64,000 nt of DNA from Octopus vulgaris (GCA_951406725.2 OX597814.1:106206001-106270000), one strand, 5' to 3'; shown: positions 27,800-40,627, numbered from the stretch's first letter. Translations and numbers: made by a program. The notes: generated from the sequence alone by a model not told the origin.

Positions 27800-28724
27800 A
27801 GAAAGACACCCTTTCTCTTTTCCATTCTTCCTTTCATTCTTTCTTTTCTTTTCTCTCCTTTTCTTTCTTTCCCGTCCTTTCTTTCTCCCTGTGTTTCTTT
27901 TTCCTTTTTTCTTCCACCAAGCCTCAAAATTTCTACCACACACACTTACTCGCCTAAATATATACAAATATATACATACACACAAATACCCACACACATG
28001 TATATACACACATATATAGATTCAAAATAAGCAATTCAACTCCAGATTTTTCGCAACTAACTTGCATATATATATAAAATCATAAAATCATAAAGTTTCT
28101 ATAAAAATATAATTCCTGATAAATCTTTGGAACGAGATGAAAGCGCGAAGTAATTATCCAAAATTCCGTTTACCTCCTGTTCCATAATATATGTATATAT
28201 GTAATTATAAAATCTGACGATCTAAGTTTAGGAAAGCTGTAAGCTCCGAGTAATCCATGGTAGGTATAAAAAATAATACTCAGGAACAACAATGGCATAA
28301 TGGTGCCGATGGTTGTAGGCTTTTCCCATATCTAAGATCAATAAACTGAAAAACACTTTTGCAGCTCACGATTAGCAACGAGAGTTGCTATGAATGCGAA
28401 TAAATATCCAAAGTGAAGGAGAGGAGCGGGTAAAATCCGGACTACATATGTTTCCTCGCTTGCAGAATATTTGATGTAATAAATACTCAACAAGGGGGAC
28501 TCAACTAGCTACTCACCAGGCCGAAGATACCGTAGTTACATGAAGGTTATATAGTCGTTGAGGAATCTCAAGTTTACTCGCCGAAGATATAATGTTCATA
28601 TTGTACACACACACACACACACAGATACATACACATATATGTATGTATATAAAATTATACCATTCACACGCATACACAAAGGTGTATTAACAAAGGTTCA
28701 TGTAATATGATGTTCAAATACGAA

Positions 28725-28929
28725 ATCATTATATTCATCACCATCAACATCGTCAACATCGTCAACATCCTCATCATCATCTTCATCATAATTATCACCA
28801 TCATCGTCATCATTATAATCATCGTCATCATAATCATCACCATCATCATCATCCTCATCATCCTCGTCATCATCGTCATCGTCATCGTCATCATCGTCAT
28901 CATCGTCATCATCATCATCATCATCATCG
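28725..28929. repeat. (ATC/GTC)n trinucleotide array
   Basis: Directly visible. Confidence 0.9.
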
Positions 28930-29079
28930 ACTCAGAGTAATTGTGATGAACGGGATAAAACCGTAATCCGGCTGTTATTGGCCACGTTGAAAGAATTGAA
29001 TGAATTGCGATGGTGGAGAGGAGTGGGGGTGTAATTGAAGGTTTATAGGAAATGATAACAATTCTATAACAAAGTCTAC

Positions 29080-29460
29080 AGCCTCCACCACCATCACCAC
29101 TACCATACTATCACAACTACTACTATCATCTACCGCCAACACTATCATCACTACTATCTCTACTCTACCAATAGTGCCTCTACCATCAAGACTACTACCA
29201 CCACCGCTACCACCGTTATTAATCATCATCTACTAATACCACAACCAGAACTACCAAGACTAGAAGGACTACCATCAACCACCAACACCAACACAACCAC
29301 CAAGACCACAAGAACCACCACCACCACTGTCACCATCACCACCCCACCACCGCCACCACTACCGCCACCACTACTGCCACCACTGCAACCACTGCCACCG
29401 CTTCCGCCACCACCACCATCCTCACCATCGCTATCCACTCCGCCCCGCCAACACCATTCA
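29080..29460. repeat. Degenerate (ACC/ACT)n low-complexity tract
   Basis: Directly visible. Confidence 0.8.
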
Positions 29461-29904
29461 GCAGAGACATCGTTTCTAGTTTGCAAGAAACTAGTGAAGA
29501 AGATGTAATTATATCGGGAGGGAGGGAGGGAGAGAGGGGGAGGAAAGACGGAAGAATATTAGGAAGGAAGGAAGGAGGGAAGAAAGGAAAAAACTTAGAA
29601 ATGGAAGAAGGCTGGAGAGAATGAAATTGGTGTTATGAATTGTATCGAAGAATTTGGAAGGAAAAAAAATCCAGGAAGAAATATTGTCAGAAGCAAGCGA
29701 GAAGCGAAATAACATCATCATCATCATCACAATTATCATCCTCATCATCGTCGTCTTAATCGTTATTGTCGTTAATTAGCAAGACATACCTCCCCCTTCG
29801 CGCACACATTGCAACATACATACGCTACACACACACACGCGCGCATGCACATCGCTGTCAGTAAATCAGCACATATACATACATATATATGCATATATAT
29901 ATAC

Positions 29905-29969
<65 letters not shown>

Positions 29970-30098
29970 TGTATGTATATGTATATGTATATATATATAC
30001 AAACGTATACGTATGCACAAGTATATTCAAGCCACTAGTACAACATGTATGCACATACATATATATACACACACTAGTATATCGTAATCAGTAATACA

Positions 30099-30141
<43 letters not shown>

Positions 30142-30157
30142 TATGTATGTGTGTGTG

Positions 30158-30223
<66 letters not shown>

Positions 30224-30642
30224 GGGAGAATTCAAAACAAAAAACAAAAGACGAAAACAGTTGGTGTATATATATATATATATATACATACACACACATA
30301 CAGATACATACATACATGCGTATAGACATATATAGAGACATACACGTGTATGCACTCATATACATATACAATATACATATACATATACATGTATATTGTA
30401 ATCAGTAAAATATTGTGTGAGTGTGCGTACATATATAGAGACCCACGCATACAAGCGTGCCCACACACACACAGATACTTTAGCGAGTAAAAACAATGCA
30501 ACACTTGTTAAGAGGAACTTCGCGCCGCTTAACCATTTCAAACGGTGAACAAAAATGGAAGGTTGTTCTCATTGCTGCTGCTGCTGCTGCTGCTTGCCTC
30601 TGTAAAGTATTCCTTTTTGTCACAATCTACATTATCATCATT

Positions 30643-30679
<37 letters not shown>

Positions 30680-30889
30680 ATGACAACCATCTATTGCTGC
30701 TGCTGTTGTTGTTGGTGGTGTTGGTGTTAATCTAATTACAAACTTCATTTCTGTTGTTGTCGTTGATGTTACTGAACTCCGGCCACTGGAATGGTCAGCG
30801 TTGTCATTCATCAGCACACTTATTGTTGTTGTTGTTGTTGTTGCTTGGTTTTACTCCTCTTCTTTCCACTGCATGTTGTTATTTTCCTT

Positions 30890-30906
30890 GTTTGTTGTTG
30901 TTGTTG

Positions 30907-30946
<40 letters not shown>

Positions 30947-31017
30947 CACTATTATTATCATTATCATTATTATTATTATCATTATTATCATTACTATTAT
31001 TATTATTATTATCATTA

Positions 31018-31060
<43 letters not shown>

Positions 31061-31191
31061 CATTATTATTAGCATTATTATTATTATTATCACCATCATT
31101 ATTATTATCATTATTATCATCATCACTATTATTATCATTATCATTATTATTATTATTATCATTATTATCATTACTATTATTATTATTATTA

Positions 31192-31244
<53 letters not shown>

Positions 31245-31521
31245 GTTATTATCATTATTAGTGTCATTATTATTATTATTATCACCATCATTATTATTAT
31301 CATTATTATCATTATCACTATTATTAGCATTATCATTATTATTATTATCATTATTATTATCATTATTATCATTATTATTATTATTTTTTTTATTATTATT
31401 ATTATCATTATCATTATTATCATTGTCATTATCACTATTATTAGCACTATCATTATTATTATTATCATTATTATCATTATTATTATTATCATTATTATCA
31501 TTATTATCATTATTATTATAA

Positions 31522-31591
<70 letters not shown>

Positions 31592-31650
31592 CATTATTAT
31601 TATTATCATTATTATTACTATCATCATTATTATCATTATTATTATTATTG
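30890..31650. repeat. ~750-bp (ATT/ATC)n array
   Basis: Directly visible; source of the poly-I/L ORFs. Confidence 0.95.
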
Positions 31651-31974
31651 TTGATGTAGCTGTTGTTGTTTCATTGTAATCGTTGCCACTACTGCTACTG
31701 TTGTTTCTTTGTAGCCGATGTAGTTGCTCCCGTGGCCGCTGCTACTACTTCTGTCGGTGCTGTTACAGTTGTTGTCTCGTTGCTTTTGTTGTTGTTAGCC
31801 TTGTGAACGTTGTTACAGCTTGTGAAGCGGGAATTCCACATGACGAACGAGGAAACCCGAAGTTGGAAAGAAAAAATTAAAAAAATTAAACAACCATCCC
31901 ACCACTGCCAGACCCAAAATTATGATATTACAGAAAAGAGTGAGAGAGAGAAAGAGAGAGAGATAGAGAGAGAA

Positions 31975-32005
<31 letters not shown>

Positions 32006-32010
32006 AATAA

Positions 32011-32047
<37 letters not shown>

Positions 32048-32533
32048 AGAACAGCATTAGAAATTATATTCGTCTTCTTATTGTTGTTAATGTGTTTTGG
32101 TTTTACAACAAATTTCATTTTATTTTTGAATCAGAAAAAATAGAATCTAGTTTATTATTACTGCTCTTTAATTACTACACCAATTTTTGATGCTGTTATC
32201 GTTGTGGCTGTTGCTGTTGTTTTTAAACTAATTAATCTTAAAAGGTGAATAAAAAGAAAAAAATTCCGAACGACAAACAGGAAGGAAAGGAATCGTAAAA
32301 TAAAAATAAAGAAAAAGAAAGAAAACTGAGAGAAGAAAAAAACACTACATGGAGTCTGTAAATGGGTGATGAAGATTAATAGAAGCAGGGTAACGCGTGT
32401 GTATATGTGTGTGTGTGTGTGTGTGTATTGTGTGTATTGTGCGTGCGTGGTTTTATACATAATTATATATTTATATATATACATATATACATATATATAT
32501 ACACGCACACACATATATAGATAGTTATATACA

Positions 32534-32567
<34 letters not shown>

Positions 32568-32776
32568 CATATATATATACACACATATATATACATATAT
32601 ATACATATATGTATACATATATATACATACATGTATACATATATATACATATATGTATACATATATTTTATACATATATATATGTACATATTTATATATA
32701 CACACACATATATATATATATACATACACACATAAATATATATACATCTATGTATACATATAACATGCATTGTATT

Positions 32777-32822
<46 letters not shown>

Positions 32823-32874
32823 AAGAAAGAGAGAGAGAGAGAGAAAGAAAGAAAGAGAGAGAGACACACACACA

Positions 32875-32938
<64 letters not shown>

Positions 32939-33464
32939 TGTATTTATAAAAAATATATACACATATATATGTACGCGTGCAATATGTATGTGTAGTGTGT
33001 AGAATGGGATACAGAGAGAAAGTGGGGGAGGGTAGGAAAGGGAATGCATGAGCAACAGGTAGAGATTGAGAAAAGAAATTAGAATTAGTGGTGTGTAAGG
33101 GAGAGAGAAAGAGAAAGAGAGAATGAAAGAGATTCAAAGTGTGTGAGTGGATGTGTGTATGCGTGTATAAATATATATGTATATGCGTGTGTTTGTGTGT
33201 GTGTGTGTGTACGTATGTGTGTGTGTGAGTGTGTGAGTGTGTGTCTATGAAGGGTCATTTCTTCTAAATGCTTGACTTAAGAGGGAAATATGAAATGCGG
33301 GTTATCAGCAATCTTATGATGATGATAATGATGATGATGATGATGATTCTCATCATCATCATCATAACCATTTTCATTATCATCATTATCATCATCATCC
33401 TCATCATCAACGTCATAATTATCGCCAGGGTCACCATTATCCTCACAACTACCACAACCGCCGT

Positions 33465-33495
<31 letters not shown>

Positions 33496-33715
33496 AGTAT
33501 CATCATCATCATCATCATCATCACATGCTCCATCGTTATCTTCTTAACGGTCACAGAAATATTTCGCAATGTACCACACCCAATGCAGTTTACTGCCTGT
33601 GTGATCATAAGGCACGTTCGTACGACACTGGCATATCACTGGTACTTGCTATGTTAATTTTATCTGCAATATAAATATGAGTGCGCACCTGGTGTGTGTG
33701 TATATGTGCGTGAGC

Positions 33716-33760
<45 letters not shown>

Positions 33761-33953
33761 AAACAGCTACTGAATGACATATCATGTGAGCGGCGGAAGG
33801 TTTGCCATGTATGGATCTCACGATATATGTATGTGTATGTGTGTGTGTGTGTGCGTGTATGTATGTGTGTGTGTGTGCCTGTATGTATGTGTGCGTGTGT
33901 GTACATACATATATACATATACACATATATACATCCAATATACACATACTGAC

Positions 33954-34413
33954 TTGGTATAGAAGATGGGTTACAGCAAATATTCTGCTGAATACCACGG
34001 ATTTGCTTGTCAGTTGTTTGACCTTGACCAGTTCACCATGTTCCTTAGTGGCTGACGATATATGAATTTCTGATCACAAGCAGAAGTAGTGGGGGCATCA
34101 TAGCCATATGTTGATAGGGATTCTTTGGGGTTTTGATAATTCACTTTGGAAACATGGGTGTTTCGTTCAACATCCTTAAACAACCCTTATTCATTGATCC
34201 TTTGAGCTACTCGGCCTGAAGAAAATTCTAATTGTGTCCCACCTGTAAGGTCATGCGGTGTTTATCTTGATATGAGATCACCATGTCGTGCACATATGGT
34301 TGTGATGCATGTGCCTAGTGTACCCTTATCAGACGAGTAGTCATGATGGGTATACTGGGCTTCGTACATTTTACCCCAGGGTCACTTTGATGATACGTAC
34401 TGCTCTCTCACTC
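33954..34413 (+). mobile_element. Dispersed repeat, probably a retroposon 3' region (copy 2)
   Basis: Reverse-complement homolog of 2731-3200; followed by (ATAC)n. Confidence 0.7.
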
Positions 34414-35247
34414 ATACATACATACATACATACATACATACATACATACGTACGTACTTACGTACATACATACATACATACATACATACATACATACATA
34501 CATACATACATACATAATCTACTTATGCATGTATTAGAGACATTCATCTACATGTTCCCTTAGTGGGATCTTTTTGTTCTATTATAAATACAAACACATG
34601 AGTGAGAACGTTTACGTATGCGTAGGCACGTTTGTTAGATTACGAATGCGGGTAACAAACAGTACCTAATTTTAGCCAGTAAAGTACAAGGGTTAAATCT
34701 ATAAGAAAACAGATATCATTGATTTTTGTTCCTCTGGAAAAAATTATGTAAAAGAAGGAAAAAAATGTACATCCGTGGTTTTGTTCATTAAATATTGACT
34801 CCGAAGAGAGATTAAAAAGTGAATCTTTGGAAGTCTCTTGATAGTATTTTGCGCATCCTAACTTGAATTATTGTAGGAGCTGTCAAGCAATGATAGCGAT
34901 AAGGTTTCAATTAATAAAAAGCAAAGGTTGAGGGAGAAACGAGCTTCAGGCGGCGTCAGGCAAAAGAAATAAATAAATAAAAAAACAGAAATGCAAAGTG
35001 GGGAGGGGAGGGTGTGTAATCCTTGGGGTAAAGTTATACATCATCGTGAATGAAGAACACATACATATATGCATACTCACTTGACACACAAACACACACA
35101 TACACACACACACACATACATATTTGAAAATGAAACTGAAATGGCATTTATGATAATTTTTCCGCTTTCATAATTAGATCTTTGTAAGATATCACATGTT
35201 TATTTAGGTCTATATGTACATAGATATGGATATGTGTGTATGTATTC

Positions 35248-35287
<40 letters not shown>

Positions 35288-35326
35288 TACAAACATACAG
35301 ACACGCACGTACACACACATACACAT

Positions 35327-35365
<39 letters not shown>

Positions 35366-35384
35366 TATATTTATATACATATAC

Positions 35385-35800
35385 ACGACCCGAAGGCATT
35401 ACAAACCGAGAGTCACAGGCATTGAAAGACTTGGGGATCAGTATGTGCAATGACGCATCATTTCCTATGCACATTAGCAAGATGGCAGCAAAGTGCAGAC
35501 AATTAGCTGGATGGGTACTGAGGTCCTTCAAGACAAGAGACAAAGAAACTATGTTGACCTTGTGGAGAGCCTTTGTTCTCAGCCACCTGGACTACCTTTC
35601 CCAGTTATGGTCACCACATTGTGCCAAACAAACAGCGGAGCTTGGAGCAGTCCAACGCCACTACACTAAAAAGATTGAAAGAGTGCAGTGGATGAGCTAC
35701 AGAGATAAGCTGAAAAAACTACAGCTTTACTCCCCGGAGCGAAGGCGTGAGAGATATGCAATAATAGACATATGGGATATACTAGAATGGCTAATACCTG
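35385..35800 (+). pseudogene. CR1-type LINE ORF2 C-terminal fragment
   Basis: LKDLGI..F.MHI..RSFKTRD..VLSHLDY.SQLWSP..VQRHYTKKI..SYRDKLKKLQLYSPERRRER within ORF 35236-36087. Confidence 0.85.
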
Positions 35801-36070
35801 AAATGAATTCGACTGCTCTCACAAACGAGAATACTAAAAATGAACCCCACCGCTCTCAAAAATTAAGTAAAAAAAACAGGGAAATAATCCAGCATCCTTG
35901 TCCGATACCGGATCGATCCCAAGACCTAATCAGTTCGTGCCAGTCACAAGGCCAAACATCCCTAAAAGTTACATCCGAATCCATGCAGCGGTTCTTGAGA
36001 TATCTTGTCCACAGACAAACAAACGCGACTGAAAACAATACCTCCACCGTCACTAAGGCGGAAGTAATAA
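35801..36070. mobile_element. Helentron/HINE-like non-autonomous element piece
   Basis: Homologous to 6281-6452; terminal hairpin tacctccacc-gtcactaa-ggcggaagta. Confidence 0.55.
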
Positions 36071-36166
36071 CAGCAACAACAAAGTAAAATACGTCCCTTT
36101 TTGTATTTCACTTTATTTGCTTCCCGTGTCCAGACTCGCATGTATATATATATATATATAAGTCCG

Positions 36167-36221
<55 letters not shown>

Positions 36222-36426
36222 GTTCGCCTGGGGCTAAATGCAACAGTAACACCCCCACCACCCTGCCCTGTCCCTAGCCATATTCAGATGGCTTTAGTCC
36301 CTTATGTTATCGAGCAGTTACTGTCTATATCCCTTTTAGAGAATTATTATTGCTTTCGAACAGATTTTCGAAATCAGCAAATGTATTTTGCTTGAAAATC
36401 TATATAAGAAAATCCTGCATAGTGAG

Positions 36427-36522
36427 AATTCGTCGAGGAAGCGGAGGCCTACCACACGCCGATGATAGGCAATACACCTTGAAACCATGGTCCGTGTGTG
36501 GTTTCCGCTTCATCGGGGAATT
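36427..36522 (+). ncRNA. Type I hammerhead ribozyme, copy 1 (variant core CCGAUGA)
   Basis: Helix I cacacg/cgtgtg plus gaagcggaggcc/ggtttccgcttc; core 36459-36465; helix II agg/cct; GAAA 36481-36484; palindromic ACCATGGT; GUC cleavage after 36492. Confidence 0.85.
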
Positions 36523-36786
36523 ACCTCCCTTTGCAGGTTTAGGGCACCGTGACGGTGTCGAGCCTTTCTGGTGACGTCGATGTTCGCCTGGGGCTAAATG
36601 CAACAGTAACACCCCCACCACCCTGCCCTGTCCCTAGCCATATTCAGATGGCTTTAGTCCCTTATGTTATCGAGCAGTTACTGTCTATATCCCTTTTAGA
36701 GAATTATTATTGCTTTCGAACAGATTTTCGAAATCAGCAAATGTATTTTGCTTGAAAATCTATATAAGAAAATCCTGCATAGTGAG

Positions 36787-36882
36787 AATTCGTCGAGGAA
36801 GCGGAGGCCTACCACACGCCGATGATAGGCAATACACCTTGAAACCATGGTCCGTGTGTGGTTTCCGCTTCATCGGGGAATT
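36787..36882 (+). ncRNA. Type I hammerhead ribozyme, copy 2
   Basis: Identical to copy 1; GUC cleavage after 36852. Confidence 0.85.
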
Positions 36883-37025
36883 ACCTCCTTTGCAGGTTTA
36901 GGGCACCGTGACGGTGTCGAGCCTTTCTGGTGACGTCGATGTTCGCCTGGGGCTAAATGCAACAGTAACACCCCCACCACCCTGCCCTGTCCCTAGCCAT
37001 ATTCAGATGGCTTTAGTCCCTTATG

Positions 37026-37076
<51 letters not shown>

Positions 37077-37343
37077 TTAAAAATAGGATAAAATCTTTAT
37101 AAGAATTTATCAAGTAATCAGCGTGAATAAGAGAATCCACCATTTTTTTCACTTAAATATATTTAATTATATTATATAGAGGGCATTACTACACATATAT
37201 GCCACACGCTAGGAGGGACTCTTAAAGTCAAAACTACTAAAATAAATAAACTTATCGTACCGAATGCCAGTCTCGAAGCAAGTCATTTAAAAACAGAAAT
37301 TAGCTGCAGATCACTGTGATTTTGTAATCAGTGCACCACTGCA

Positions 37344-37683
37344 CTGATGTGTCTGGGGAAAGTCATTCTCTTTTAGTTCCTTATAATGTAACACATTCAC
37401 TGTTGAAATTTTCACTCATTTACTTTTTTTTTCTAAAATTTCCGTTGCGTCTTGCAAACTTTTCAATAGTTGTTGACTGTGTCCATTATTCAAGCGACTT
37501 GAATAATATACAAGTAGCTTGATTAACGGACAGTCAACAACTACTTGAATAAAAAGCTACTTGAATAACGAACAGAATCAACAACTATTGAAAAGGTTGC
37601 AAGACGCAACGGAAATTTTAGAAAAATAAATAAGTAAATGAGTGGAATCACTAGAAGAGAATGACTCTCCCCAGACTCAACAG
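37344..37683. repeat. Imperfect fold-back with scrambled centre
   Basis: gtctggggaaagtcattctc...ttccgttgcgtcttgcaaacttttcaatagttgttga mirrored at 37578-37676. Confidence 0.85.
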
Positions 37684-37711
37684 AATATGCTATATATATG
37701 TATATGTATAA

Positions 37712-37755
<44 letters not shown>

Positions 37756-37766
37756 AAATGTATATG

Positions 37767-37852
<86 letters not shown>

Positions 37853-37860
37853 ACACGCAC

Positions 37861-39107
37861 CTTGCGGTTTTTAACCTTTAAATTCAGATGCACGTATCTC
37901 GGCTCAAACAAAACTTTATTAATCGAAATAAACACCATCAGAATCAACACACTTTTGCCTACGCGAAACAAGTTTATTTATGGCAGTAGCGTAAAAATTC
38001 TGCGGTCTGGTGGCGATGAAGTCGCTGAAGGTGTGTTTGGCATCGTCTTGGTTTTTGAAGCATTTCTCACGCAGGAAGTTGTCAAGATGCTTGAAAAAGT
38101 GGTAGTTGGTAGGCGAGAGGTCTGGTAAATATGGCGGATGAGGCAGAGTTTTGTAGCCCAATTCGTTCAACTTCTGCAGGGTCAGTTGTGCGATGTGCTG
38201 CCGAGCGTTGTCGTGGAGAAGAATTGGTCCTTTTCGATTGACCAATGCTGGCTGTTGTCGGAGTTTCTTATGCATTTCATCCATTTGCGGACAGTACTTC
38301 GCCGTAATGGTTTCGCCTGGATCCAAAACGCTGTGATGGATGAGATCACCAAATTGTCCGCATGACCTTCTTTTGTTGCAACTTTGATTTCGGGAAGTGC
38401 CGTGGAACTTCGTCGGTGTCCAGCCACTGAACTGAGCGTCGCTAGTTGTCGTAAAGGATCCACTTTTCATCGCAAGTCACAATCCGGTCGAGAAACGGGT
38501 AGTTCTTGTTGCGAAAAAAAACAGGGAAGACGACACTTCAAAACGGCGTTTTTTTAAATATTTTTTTGGTCGTCGTTCAATTCGTGCGGCACCCATTTCT
38601 CAAGTATTTTTGTTTTTCCAGTCTCTTTCATGTGGTTGGAAATTGTCGTGTATGTTACGTCTAATTCAGAAGCAAGCTCTCGACCAGTTGTGCCTGGATA
38701 GGCTTCAACTAAGGCTCTTAGTTGATTGTATCCAAAATCCGATGGTCGACCACTACGCTGATCATCTTCAAGACTCTCGTCACCGCTACGAAATTTCTTG
38801 AACCACCATTGTGCTGTACGTTCATTAGTGGTTCCTGGGCCAAACGCATCGTTGATGTCGCGAGCTGTTTCAGCAGCTTTTAGGCCTACATTTAACTAAA
38901 ATAAGAAAATTGTGCGAATTTGCTTTTTGCCCATGTTGTATTCAATGTTCTGGAAAAATGACCTAATTATTAAAAAAGAAAAAAGAGTTTCAGTGCGAAT
39001 AACGGGATTTAAGATGATATATAAAGTAATTTAAAGAAAATTAATTTGAAAATACATCATTTAAAACCAAAAATAAAAATTCCGCAAGAACTTTCTTGAC
39101 AACCTAA
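37861..39107 (-). mobile_element. Mariner transposon, Hsmar1/cecropia-like; left TIR truncated
   Basis: Right TIR reads TA-ttaggttgtcaagaaagttcttgcggaatttt on minus; left remnant cttgcggttttt. Confidence 0.9.
37919..38934 (-). pseudogene. Mariner transposase pseudogene
   Basis: MGKKQIRTIFLF*..AAETARDINDAFGPGTTNERTAQWWFKKF..SGRPS..KWVPHEL, RIVTCDEKWI, LLHDNARQH, HPPYLPDLSPTNYHFFKHLDNFL; stop and frameshifts. Confidence 0.92.
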
Positions 39108-39120
39108 TATATACTGCGTA

Positions 39121-39292
39121 TTCTTTTATTTGCCTGAGGCCATGCTGGAGCACCGCCTTTAGTCGAACAAATCGATCCCAGGACTTATTCTTTGTACTTA
39201 TTCTATTGGTCACTTTTGCCGCTAGTTTATGGAGACGTAAGCACCAATTTCGATTGTCAAGCGATGATTGGGGGTGAGGTGGAGACAGACAC

Positions 39293-39341
<49 letters not shown>

Positions 39342-39501
39342 ATGGGCTTCTTTAAGTTTCCATCTACCAAATCCGCTCACAAGGCTTGGTCGGTTCTAGG
39401 CAATAGCAGAAGACACTAGCCCAAAGCGCTTTGCAGTGGGACTGAACCTGGAAACATGTGGTTGGTAAGCAAGCTATTTGCCACACAGCCACTCCTGTGC
39501 C
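39121..39501 (-). mobile_element. SINE family A
   Basis: Homologous to 5830-6250. Confidence 0.85.
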
Positions 39502-39514
39502 TATGTATTTATAC

Positions 39515-39583
<69 letters not shown>

Positions 39584-39744
39584 TATATACATACATATAC
39601 ACACATATATATATACATATGCATATATTCACACATACTCACTCACGCTCACACACACATACATACATACATACATACATACATACATACATACATACAG
39701 ACATACATACATACATACATACATACATACAAACATACATACAT

Positions 39745-39829
<85 letters not shown>

Positions 39830-40627
39830 GAGCTGATAATAAAAACGAAATGAAGATAAATGTCTGTGTGTCTGTTCGGATATACAAAATATCACGAAAA
39901 CGCTAAATAATTGTAGGGTAGATAAATTTCCGTCTGGATATGAACCGGGAACTTTGCGTGTCACTTTATCCTAAGATCTCTTCGATGTAGTTCTGCTGGG
40001 GGGGGGGGATTCTATTTAGCAGTAGTGCAGCCGAACCAATATTCAATTCCATGAACGGCATGCGTCTGCATATCGTTTGCGCGATCACACATACACACGC
40101 ACACACACACACACACACGTACACACACGTGCGTGTATATGTTAAACAGGACGTGTATTACAAAGTGTCTTTGTGTATGTGTATGTGTGTCTGCGTGCGC
40201 TCTGGTGTAGTGTTGTATGTGTATGTGTTTGCATGCTCGTTTCTTGTGCTGTTGCTTGGTTGTGCATTGTGTAGCTGCCTCTTGTTGTCCATTATATGAT
40301 TCGCATGTACCTTTAGCGGTTTAAGACTTTTGTGCATTAGTATTCGGAATACTGTGTGTTTGTGCGTGTGTAAAGCGAATGACTGAAGCAGACGATAAGG
40401 GAGGAAGAGAGAAAGGAAAGAGAAAGGGAGAGAGAGAGGGGTGAAGAATGGTGTGTGCATCTTATAACAGTCTCGGCTATCAATGTTTGTACATGTCTAT
40501 GATTTTGTGAGAGATAATGAATTTATGTAAGTAAAATATATGATACTCCCTCTGTCTGTCTGTCTGTCTCTCTCTCTCTTACACTGTCTATCTCTTTCTC
40601 TCTCTATCTATATATGTGTATGTGTGC

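Larger units (their letters stand above)
36221..37029 (+). mobile_element. 360-bp tandem repeat (2.25 units) with hammerhead ribozymes; candidate non-LTR retrozyme
   Basis: Units start at 36221, 36581 and 36940; identical except one C deletion; flanked on both sides by (TA)n. Confidence 0.85.

Noticed and set aside
30754-31679. Long ORFs of 255-292 aa (poly-L/poly-I)
   Set aside because: Translation of the (ATT/ATC)n array; no coding complexity
35236-36087. 283-aa ORF as an intact gene
   Set aside because: Chimeric read-through of microsatellite, CR1 fragment and Helentron-like repeat
36221-37029. CRISPR array or LTR retrotransposon interpretation
   Set aside because: No unique spacers; no TG...CA ends, PBS/PPT or internal domain; eukaryotic context
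36350-37102. Repeated small ORFs within the 360-bp array
   Set aside because: Short, mostly non-ATG starts, no recognisable domain; the unit is better explained as structured RNA
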